Source of the DNA: Candidatus Poriferisocius sp.
GTDB lineage: Bacteria > Actinomycetota > Acidimicrobiia > Acidimicrobiales > Bin134
DNA length: 32,000 nucleotides
Reading direction: 5' to 3'
NCBI RefSeq assembly: GCF_965219815.1
Contig: NZ_OZ244791.1
Coordinates: 2,446,486 to 2,478,485, forward strand
Positions 25,838 through 32,000 of this stretch are shown here, piece by piece (position 1 is the first letter of the stretch; every line of letters starts with the position of its first letter). Both the position numbers and the translations under genes were made by a program. The notes beneath the pieces were generated by a model that saw only the letters and a program-made list of their open reading frames with translations, was not told where the DNA came from and did not search any database.

Positions 25838-26877
25838 GGGCGGTTCTCAGAGATCACACCCGCTACGTCGTCCCCGTGGAGCAGACCCACCGGCGTATTG
25901 TCCTCGTCGACCACCACCACAGGAGAGGTGGACCCGAGCAAGTGGGGGAGCGCGGTCTCCAGTGGCGTGGTCATCGGGACCTGCGGCCACCCGGGGTCGA
26001 CAGCGGTGCCGTCGAGGGGGCGCATCAGCGAACAGGCCTGCAAGACCTTGGCCACCGGGGCATCCTGGGTGAATGCCCGCACATAGTCATCCGCCGGGCT
26101 GGTGAGTATCTCCACCGGTGTGCCGACCTGCACGAAGGCGCCGTCGTTCATGATGGCGATCCGGTCGGCCAACTTCAGTGCTTCGGCAAAGTCGTGGGTG
26201 ATGAACACCAGCGTCCGCTGGAGTTTCATCTGGAGGTCGATGAGCTCGTCTTGCATGTCGCGGCGGATGAGCGGGTCGAGGGCCGAGAACGGCTCGTCAA
26301 AGAACAGCACTTCGGGGTCCACGGCCAAGGCTCGGGCCAATCCCACCCGCTGTTGCATGCCGCCGCTGAGCTGCTGGGGATAGTGGTCGCCCCAGCCCTC
26401 CAAACCGACCGTGTCCAGCAGCTCTCTGGCTCGGTCTTGGCGGTCTTGGCGGTCCACCCCCTGCACCTCGAGTCCGTAGGCCACGTTGTCCACCACCTTG
26501 CGATGGGGGAACAGGCCGAAGTGCTGGAAAACCATTGCCATCTTCTGGCGGCGCAGATTCCGCAGCGTGGCGCTGTCGGCCCGGGTGAGCTCGGTGCCGC
26601 ACAGCCTGACCCTTCCCTCGGTGGGCTTCACCAAATGGGAGACGCACCGGATGAGGGTGGACTTGCCCGAGCCCGACAGGCCCATGACCACGAACGTCTC
26701 ACCCGGGGCCACCTCGAAGGTGATGTCGCGAACGGCCACCACGCTGCCCGTGGCGGTCTGGATCTCCTCCCGGGAGGCACCGGCCTTGGCCATTGCCCTA
26801 GCCTCGCGGGACCTTCGGCCGAAGACCTTCCACACGCCTTCGACTCTGACTTGGGCTGTCTCGCTGGCTGTGTCCAT
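25834..26877 (-). CDS. proV: Glycine betaine/L-proline ABC transporter ATP-binding protein (ProV/OpuAA-like, C-terminal CBS-type region)
   Basis: Walker [10 protein letters not shown], signature [15 protein letters not shown] and Walker [14 protein letters not shown]-terminal regulatory extension is present. Confidence 0.93.
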   Translation of the reverse strand: MDTASETAQVRVEGVWKVFGRRSREARAMAKAGASREEIQTATGSVVAVRDITFEVAPGETFVVMGLSGSGKSTLIRCVSHLVKPTEGRVRLCGTELTRADSATLRNLRRQKMAMVFQHFGLFPHRKVVDNVAYGLEVQGVDRQDRQDRARELLDTVGLEGWGDHYPQQLSGGMQQRVGLARALAVDPEVLFFDEPFSALDPLIRRDMQDELIDLQMKLQRTLVFITHDFAEALKLADRIAIMNDGAFVQVGTPVEILTSPADDYVRAFTQDAPVAKVLQACSLMRPLDGTAVDPGWPQVPMTTPLETALPHLLGSTSPVVVVDEDNTPVGLLHGDDVAGVISENRP

Positions 26878-26923
26878 CGCCGCCCCCCGGATCAGACTTT
26901 ACCGTCCGGACAGACGGGTATTG

Positions 26924-27043
26924 GTTTGGGCTCCCCTCACATCGCAATGGGGGATGCCGCATGGGAGGCAGGACCGATCGGGCTGAGATGTTTGGGCTAC
27001 CCTGACCTGGCAATGGGAGAAGCGGCCGATCGGCCCAGGAATC
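26924..27043. repeat. Imperfect tandem duplication (~66-bp period) in the proV/tetR divergent region; each copy carries GTTTGGGCT..CC.T.AC, GCAATGGG.GA and a CCGATCGG palindrome
   Basis: Copy 1 spans 26924-26989 and copy 2 spans 26990 to about 27043. The first 37 positions match 30/37. Copy 2 lacks about 13 nt before the palindrome, which becomes the perfect 12-mer GGCCGATCGGCC at 27024-27035. Confidence 0.5.
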
Positions 27044-27630
27044 TGCCGGTACAAGAGCGGGCTGTGCTGACTCGCGATCGGATTCTGCAAGCGGCCACCG
27101 AGGTGATCAAACAAGAGGGTGTGTCGTCGCTGACGCTTGACAAGGTGGCGGCCCGAGCCGGGGTGAGCAAGGGCGGCTTCCTCTACCACTTCGGCTCCAA
27201 GGACGCGCTGATCATCGGGTTGCTCAATCAGGTGATGGGGGTGCTCGACACCGAGTTGAATGTGCTGGCCGACGGCATCGATGCCCGCCAGGGAGCGTTT
27301 GCGCTGGCTTACCTCGAATACGTGCAGGAACCGACCAAGGCGGCCACTGATACTGCGGTGTCGATTCTGGCCGCGGCCGCAGTGGACGACGACCTGCTGG
27401 ACAGCACTCGGGCGACGTTCCAGCGCTGGCAGGATCGGCTGCGTCACGACGACGGGCTCGACGAAACCGAGGCACTGCTGGCCCGGGTTGTGGGTGACGG
27501 GCTCTGGCTCATCGACCTGTTCGGCTTGGCCCCGCCCACCGCCGATGAGCGCCGCAAAGTGCTCGACCTGGTCTCGAACCTCATCACCGATCATGGAGCG
27601 GCCCGGGATTTGATCGACCCGGCCGAGTAG
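27013..27630 (+). CDS. TetR/AcrR-family transcriptional regulator (candidate BetI-like regulator of the flanking choline/betaine genes)
   Basis: HTH region [46 protein letters not shown]. The start is ambiguous: in-frame ATG 26947, ATG 27013 or GTG 27064. The rest of the 584-aa ORF-track frame upstream is antisense to proV and not credible. Confidence 0.85.
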   Translation: MGEAADRPRNLPVQERAVLTRDRILQAATEVIKQEGVSSLTLDKVAARAGVSKGGFLYHFGSKDALIIGLLNQVMGVLDTELNVLADGIDARQGAFALAYLEYVQEPTKAATDTAVSILAAAAVDDDLLDSTRATFQRWQDRLRHDDGLDETEALLARVVGDGLWLIDLFGLAPPTADERRKVLDLVSNLITDHGAARDLIDPAE

Positions 27631-29303
27631 ACCGGGGCGTCCTGGGGCGCCAGAGGCTGGTTGCCCAAGATGAGATCGGCCGCCTTCTCGGCGATCATCA
27701 TTACTGGGGCGTAGATGTTGCCGTTGGTCACGGTGGGCATCACCGAGGCGTCCACCACCGCCAGCCCCTCGGTTCCGTGAACCTGCATCGTTGCGGGATC
27801 CACGACTGACTGATCATCACACCCCATGCGAGCCGTCCCCGCGGGATGCAGCGCGGTCTCGGCGTCGCGGGCCACCCAGTCCATGATTTGGCCATCGGTG
27901 GCGACTTCGGGGCCCGGGGACAGCTCGCCCGCGTTGTAGGCGGCAAAGGCCGGTTGGCTCATGATGCTGCGGGTCACTCTGATGGTCTCCACCCACTCGC
28001 GCCGGTCCTGCTCTGTGGAGAGGTAGTTGAACTGAATCGCCGGCTTTACCCGTGGATCGAGCGATTTGATTCGCAGATGGCCCCGGGCGTCTGAGTACAT
28101 GGGTCCGACGTGAACTTGGTAGCCGTGTCCGCTGCTCGGCGACGAGCCGTCGTAGCGGATGGCCAAAGGCAGGAAGTGGAGCATGAGATTCGGGTAGGAC
28201 TCGTCGGGGTTGGAGCGGACAAAACCGCCGCCCTCGAAGTGGTTGGTGGCCCCTGGCCCTTTTCGGGCCAGCCATTGCAGGCCGATCCAGGGCCGGCGCC
28301 ACAGCTTGAGATGGGGCTGCATGGAAACCGGCTGGCTGGAGGCGTATTGGACGTACACCTCCAGGTGGTCTTGGAGGTTCTCTCCCACCCCGGGCTGTTC
28401 GGCCACCACCGGGATTTCCAAGGACTCCAGCAGGCCAGCCTGCCCTACCCCGGAGAGCTGAAGCAGCTGGGCTGAGCCGAATGCCCCCGCACACAACAGG
28501 ATCTGGCCCCCCCGGGCGGTGTGCTTGCGTCCCCGTCGGCGGTACTCGACGCCAACCGCTCGGCTGCCCTCGAACAGCACTCGGCTGATGAGAGTGCCGG
28601 TCTCCACCTTGAGGTTCTTGCGGTGCATCACCGGGTGCAGGTAGGCCCGCGACGCTGAGAGCCGCCGTCCCCGGTGGACGTTGCGGTCAAACGCGGCAAA
28701 GCCCTCTTGGCGGTACCCGTTGACGTCATCGGTCAGTTCGTACCCGGCCTCCTGTACTGCCTTGAAGAAGGCGGTGAACAGAGGGCTGTCGGCTGGCCCC
28801 CGCTCCAACACCAGTGGCCCTTCCTCACCCCGCCATTGGTCGCCACCGGCCAGGCAAGTTTCCATGCGCTTGAAGTACGGCAGGCAGTGGCGGTAGTCCC
28901 AGTCCTCCATGCCGGGTTCGGCGGCCCACTTGTTGTAGTCAGCGGGGTTTCCCCGCTGGAAGATCATGCCGTTGATCGAGCTGGAACCGCCCAGAACCTT
29001 GCCCCGGGCGTGGTAGACCCTTCGGCCCCCCATGTGGGGCTCGGGCTCGCTCTCGTACTTCCAGTCGTAAAAGCGACTGCCGATGGGAAAAGCCAGGGCC
29101 GCGGGCATGTGGATGAACACATCCCACTTGTAATCCCGCCGCCCTGCTTCCAGTACCAGAACGCTGTTGTCGGCATCCGCACTCAGTCGGTTGGCCAACG
29201 CACAGCCAGCAGAGCCGCCCCCGACAATGATGAAGTCGTACAACGACTGCTCCTCGAAGAATGAAAAGAGAACCGGTGCCGACGGTTCTCTTGCCGCCGG
29301 CAC
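27591..29303 (-). CDS. betA: Choline dehydrogenase (GMC oxidoreductase)
   Basis: FAD motif [23 protein letters not shown] signatures [11 protein letters not shown] and [15 protein letters not shown], and a C-terminal [12 protein letters not shown] start at 29303, 17 nt after the OpuAC stop. Confidence 0.92.
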   Translation of the reverse strand: MPAAREPSAPVLFSFFEEQSLYDFIIVGGGSAGCALANRLSADADNSVLVLEAGRRDYKWDVFIHMPAALAFPIGSRFYDWKYESEPEPHMGGRRVYHARGKVLGGSSSINGMIFQRGNPADYNKWAAEPGMEDWDYRHCLPYFKRMETCLAGGDQWRGEEGPLVLERGPADSPLFTAFFKAVQEAGYELTDDVNGYRQEGFAAFDRNVHRGRRLSASRAYLHPVMHRKNLKVETGTLISRVLFEGSRAVGVEYRRRGRKHTARGGQILLCAGAFGSAQLLQLSGVGQAGLLESLEIPVVAEQPGVGENLQDHLEVYVQYASSQPVSMQPHLKLWRRPWIGLQWLARKGPGATNHFEGGGFVRSNPDESYPNLMLHFLPLAIRYDGSSPSSGHGYQVHVGPMYSDARGHLRIKSLDPRVKPAIQFNYLSTEQDRREWVETIRVTRSIMSQPAFAAYNAGELSPGPEVATDGQIMDWVARDAETALHPAGTARMGCDDQSVVDPATMQVHGTEGLAVVDASVMPTVTNGNIYAPVMMIAEKAADLILGNQPLAPQDAPVYSAGSIKSRAAP

Positions 29304-29320
29304 CGGTTCTTAGCTGGAGC

Positions 29321-30406
29321 CTAGGAGGGGAGCCAAGCGCTCCAGACGTTTTGGTTGGCCGCGATCCACTGGGCCGCGGCGTCTTCCACAGACAGTCCAT
29401 CGTTTTCGACAGCGGCCAGCATCGAAATCTGGTCGGCCGTGGAGTAGCTCATTGCCCGCAAGAATGCGTCTGCGTCGGGGGCGTTCTCAGCCAGATCGCG
29501 GTTCACGATCTTGAACAGCACGTCCTCGGGATAGTCGCAATCGATGCCGCCTTCGGCATCTTTGGCGTAGCACTCATCGCTGTAGGCGGGCAGGGCCACC
29601 CGAGTGAGGTCGTAGGAGCCAAAGGCCGAATGCGGTGTCCAGAAGTAGAACAGCACCGGATCTTCTCGGCTGTAGGCAGCGTCCAAAGCGGCCAGGATGC
29701 CGGCCTCGGAGCCTACGTACACGATCTCCAGCGGCAGATTCAGGTTGGCAATGATCTGCTCGTCGTAGATCGTCCAGCTGGGATCGCCGCTGAGGAACTG
29801 GCCTTTGTCTCCGGTCTCAGCGGTGGCGAACAAGCCAGCCAGCTCGGCATCGGCGAAGCCTTCCCAGGTGGCCAGAGCAGGCTCTCGATCCACCATGTAA
29901 GAGGGCATGAACCAGCCGATCTCCCCGACGGGGCCGATCAAACCGGCGTTGTCCACGTTGCCGTCGGCGCTGTCGATGAAGTCAGCCACGTTGTCGGCGT
30001 GGCCCGAGGGCCACACTTCTAGCGAGGCGTCGATGTCCCCAGTGTTGATCGCCGCCCACTGGGCGTTCTCGTCGATGTCTACTGTCTCAACGGAGTAGCC
30101 GAGCTCGCTCTCCAGAAGCTGGGCGGCCACCGCCACATTCACTGCCGAACCGTTCCACGGGTTGACTGCCAGCGTGACCGTGGTCTGCGAACCACGGGTA
30201 TCTGCTGGCTCGGGTTCAGGTTCCGGTGCGGGGGCCTCCGTTGCCGGAGCCGCGGTGGCTGCTGCGGTGGCTGCCGCAGTTGCCGCCGGGGCGCTGGTGT
30301 CGTCGCTGTCGTCGTTGCCGCAGCTGACGGCCACAAGGGCCAAGGCCGCCAAGAGCAAGGCGATGAGCCTCCAGCTTCGAATCGGTTTGGTCTTTGTTGT
30401 CCGCAT
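29321..30406 (-). CDS. Glycine betaine/choline ABC transporter substrate-binding lipoprotein (OpuAC/ProX-like)
   Basis: Start at ATG 30406, preceded by GGGGGGA. Signal peptide plus lipobox VAVSC. An A/T/P/E linker is followed by an OpuAC domain (LAVNPWNGSAV, EVWPSGH, GWFMPSY). The longer 450-aa ORF-track form is rejected. Confidence 0.88.
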   Translation of the reverse strand: MRTTKTKPIRSWRLIALLLAALALVAVSCGNDDSDDTSAPAATAAATAAATAAPATEAPAPEPEPEPADTRGSQTTVTLAVNPWNGSAVNVAVAAQLLESELGYSVETVDIDENAQWAAINTGDIDASLEVWPSGHADNVADFIDSADGNVDNAGLIGPVGEIGWFMPSYMVDREPALATWEGFADAELAGLFATAETGDKGQFLSGDPSWTIYDEQIIANLNLPLEIVYVGSEAGILAALDAAYSREDPVLFYFWTPHSAFGSYDLTRVALPAYSDECYAKDAEGGIDCDYPEDVLFKIVNRDLAENAPDADAFLRAMSYSTADQISMLAAVENDGLSVEDAAAQWIAANQNVWSAWLPS

Positions 30407-30433
30407 TGGGATCCCCCCTAAAGTCAATTGCCA

Positions 30434-30457
30434 AAAACAGGCTAGCTGGACTGTTTT
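30434..30457. promoter_or_regulatory. Inverted repeat AAAACAG-N10-CTGTTTT (central GCTAGC) in an AT-richer stretch 28-51 bp upstream of the OpuAC-betA operon
   Basis: Read directly: AAAACAG at 30434-30440 and CTGTTTT at 30451-30457. This is a candidate operator or promoter element. No binding data are available. Confidence 0.35.
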
Positions 30458-30541
30458 GTAAAATAGCATATCCCTCAGCCCTGCGCTAGAGGTTCTCTGC
30501 ATTTGGCAGAGCGGGTATGGGTCGCGCCATGCTGGGCATCT

Positions 30542-30606
30542 CGACGACAGGTTCCGACCACATGTCGCGACGACAGGTTTCGACGACAAATCCCGACGAC
30601 AGGAGA
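30542..30606. repeat. Five head-to-tail 13-bp tandem repeats (CGACGACAGGTTY consensus) ending 5 nt before the start codon of the LEH-like gene
   Basis: The units are CGACGACAGGTTC / CGACCACATGTCG / CGACGACAGGTTT / CGACGACAAATCC / CGACGACAGGAGA. The last unit contains the AGGAGA Shine-Dalgarno for ATG 30612. Confidence 0.85.
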
Positions 30607-30611
30607 GAGCG

Positions 30612-30986
30612 ATGGCCGATCTGCCGACCGATCCCAGCGAACTAGTGAGCCAGTTCTGCGCCGCGTGGGCCAACGGCGATGCCGACGAGCTGATGGCCTA
30701 CTTCACTGACGACGCCGTCTATCACAACGTCCCGATGGACCCCTTGGAGGGGGCCGAGGCCATCCGGGCGTTCTTGGAGGGATTCTTTCCCACTTCAGGC
30801 GGCATCGTGTTCGAGACCCACCATCAGGCGGCCAATGGCAATGTGGTCCTGAACGAGCGAACCGACTACATCAACACCGGCGACGGCCAGTTGGCTTTGC
30901 CGGTGTGCGGGGTGTTCGAAGTGCGCGACGGGCGCATCGCCCGCTGGTCGGACTACTTCGACATGGCCAAGCTCACCGGCGGCTGA
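30612..30986 (+). CDS. Limonene-1,2-epoxide hydrolase-like protein (NTF2/SnoaL fold)
   Basis: 124 aa. The segments DDAVYHNVPMDP, VVLNERTDY and GRIARWSDYFD align by eye with the Tyr/Asn, Arg-x-Asp and Asp catalytic positions of Rhodococcus LimA. Strong SD upstream. Confidence 0.78.
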   Translation: MADLPTDPSELVSQFCAAWANGDADELMAYFTDDAVYHNVPMDPLEGAEAIRAFLEGFFPTSGGIVFETHHQAANGNVVLNERTDYINTGDGQLALPVCGVFEVRDGRIARWSDYFDMAKLTGG

Positions 30987-31012
30987 GCCCGGCGCTCAGT
31001 CTGGCAACCCCT

Positions 31013-32000
31013 CTAGCCGCCGAAGAGCTCGGAAAGGGTGTCCACCACGTAGCCGATGTCGTCTGACCCCAGGCCGTGGTGGGTGGGGATGCACAGCGCG
31101 TTGTCCATCACCAGGTCGGCGTTGGGGAAGCCGTCGGCCGGGGCCCGGTGCTCGATGCCCGAGAATCCGGGCTGGCGCAAGATGTTGCCGGTCCAGACCA
31201 TGCGGGACTGCACGTTGCGGTCTTCCAGGAAGTTCTGCACCTCGGTGCGGTCGTGCCCCGACTCGGGACGGAGGATGAAGCCGTACCGCATCCACGTGGT
31301 GTCCACCTCGGGAGTGGTGCGGGGCAGTATCACCTTGTCGATGTGGTTGACCATCAGGTCGTTGTAGCGGTCGCAGGCGTGGCGGCGGCGGGCGTTGAAC
31401 TCCTGGAGTTTGGAGAGCTGAACCAGTCCGTAGGCCGCGCCCAGCTCGGAGGGCTCGAAGTTGTAGCCCAGATCGTCGAATATGAAGATCTGGTCGTACA
31501 TGGTGCCGTCGTCCAGGGGGCCCCAGCGGGTGTCCTGGCCCTGGCGGGAGCCGTAGAGGTACGACTCAGAGCGCCGGCCCCAGCGCCGACGGGTCAGGCA
31601 CTTGTCGTGCATCTCGGGGTCGTCCATGGCCACCATGCCCCCGTTGCCCGCACAGGTGAGCGAGTGGGAGATGGCGAAGCTGGTGAGGCTGATGTCGCTG
31701 CGGGCACCGATGCGGGTGCCCCGCAGGCGGGTGTCCAGCACATCGCAGGAATCCTCGATCACCTTGAGCCCGTGCTCATCGGCGATGGCCCTGATCACGT
31801 CCCAGTCGGGGCAGTTGCCCATCAGGTTGGGGGTCATGATGGCCTTGGTGCGGGGGCCGATCATCTCGGGGATGCGGTTGACGTCGATCTGGAAGGTGTC
31901 GGGCTCCACGTCCACGAACACGGGGACCAGCCCGCATTGGACGATGGAGGAAACGTCGGTGGAGAAGGTGAGCACCGAGGTGATGACCTCGTCACCGGGC
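31013..32000 (-). CDS. DegT/DnrJ/EryC1/StrS-family enzyme, RfbH-like (NDP-hexose 3-dehydratase-like); 5' end outside window
   Basis: The frame stays open to base 32000 (PGDEVITSVLTFS...). Family motifs: SFAISHSLTCAGNGGMV, with His at the position of the usual PLP lysine, then RRRWGRRSE and an RfbH-like C-terminus DRTEVQNFLEDRNVQSRMVWTGNILRQP. Confidence 0.8.
   Translation of the reverse strand, partial: PGDEVITSVLTFSTDVSSIVQCGLVPVFVDVEPDTFQIDVNRIPEMIGPRTKAIMTPNLMGNCPDWDVIRAIADEHGLKVIEDSCDVLDTRLRGTRIGARSDISLTSFAISHSLTCAGNGGMVAMDDPEMHDKCLTRRRWGRRSESYLYGSRQGQDTRWGPLDDGTMYDQIFIFDDLGYNFEPSELGAAYGLVQLSKLQEFNARRRHACDRYNDLMVNHIDKVILPRTTPEVDTTWMRYGFILRPESGHDRTEVQNFLEDRNVQSRMVWTGNILRQPGFSGIEHRAPADGFPNADLVMDNALCIPTHHGLGSDDIGYVVDTLSELFGG

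Noticed and set aside
26432-26455. A 9-bp tandem duplication CGGTCTTGG x2.6 inside proV, encoding DRQDRQDR
   Set aside because: It is an in-frame microduplication in a surface linker between ABC subdomains. It is probably a neutral slippage event and has no regulatory context.
25876-27012. The 584-aa plus-strand ORF that would extend the TetR protein by about 380 residues
   Set aside because: The upstream part is antisense to proV and has no domain signature. Only the last ~200 codons encode a TetR fold.
30407-30673. The 450-aa version of the OpuAC-like ORF, and the 68-aa plus-strand ORF at 30503-30709
   Set aside because: The extension precedes a textbook signal peptide and lipobox that starts at ATG 30406 with its own RBS. 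The 68-aa ORF is simply the tandem 13-bp repeat read in frame (RRQVPTT.../RRQIPTT).
1-32000. Scan for tRNA, rRNA, tmRNA, IS elements and prophage genes
   Set aside because: No cloverleaf-like conserved segments, rRNA motifs, terminal inverted repeats with a transposase, or phage structural genes were recognised. Intergenic space is minimal throughout.

Overview
This is a GC-rich, gene-dense chromosomal segment with about 30 protein-coding genes. I found no rRNA, tRNA, CRISPR array, transposase or integrase. The gene content looks actinobacterial by inference: a DUF222-type HNH gene, DUF3040, F420-type LLM oxidoreductases, and lipoproteins with Ala/Pro/Glu linkers.

Gene order, left to right:
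- 3' end of an HNH endonuclease gene, then a Nudix hydrolase-dinB pair and a DUF3040 membrane protein.
- A minus-strand DUF2889-like / MoxR ATPase / DUF58 / TgpA-like transglutaminase operon.
- An MFS exporter, then an unknown protein translationally coupled to a Zn alcohol dehydrogenase.
- An LLM oxidoreductase divergent from a monofunctional GTP cyclohydrolase II.
- A seven-gene minus-strand operon: ROK regulator, M20 deacylase, sugar ABC binding protein, permease, YhfX-like PLP enzyme, ABC ATPase, NagB-like deaminase.
- A second LLM oxidoreductase divergent from an acyl-CoA synthetase and a PPOX-family gene.
- A choline/glycine-betaine locus: OpuAC-like lipoprotein, BetA, an inward-facing TetR gene, ProV, and a fused double ProW.
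- A limonene-epoxide-hydrolase-like gene and the 3' two-thirds of an RfbH-like sugar-modifying enzyme gene.

I do not see an obvious defence island or mobile element. The features most worth follow-up are:
- the kinase-less, NagA-less amino-sugar-type operon containing the uncharacterised YhfX-like enzyme;
- the DUF2889-MoxR-DUF58-TgpA module;
- the unknown protein coupled to the ADH;
- several well-defined non-coding repeat structures: five tandem 13-mers before the LEH-like gene, a perfect 18-bp direct repeat in the DUF2889/MFS promoter region, a ~66-bp duplication at the tetR/proV promoter, and a ~14-bp repeat array filling a convergent intergenic gap.

All functional calls come from motif recognition in the translations. 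None has been checked against a database.
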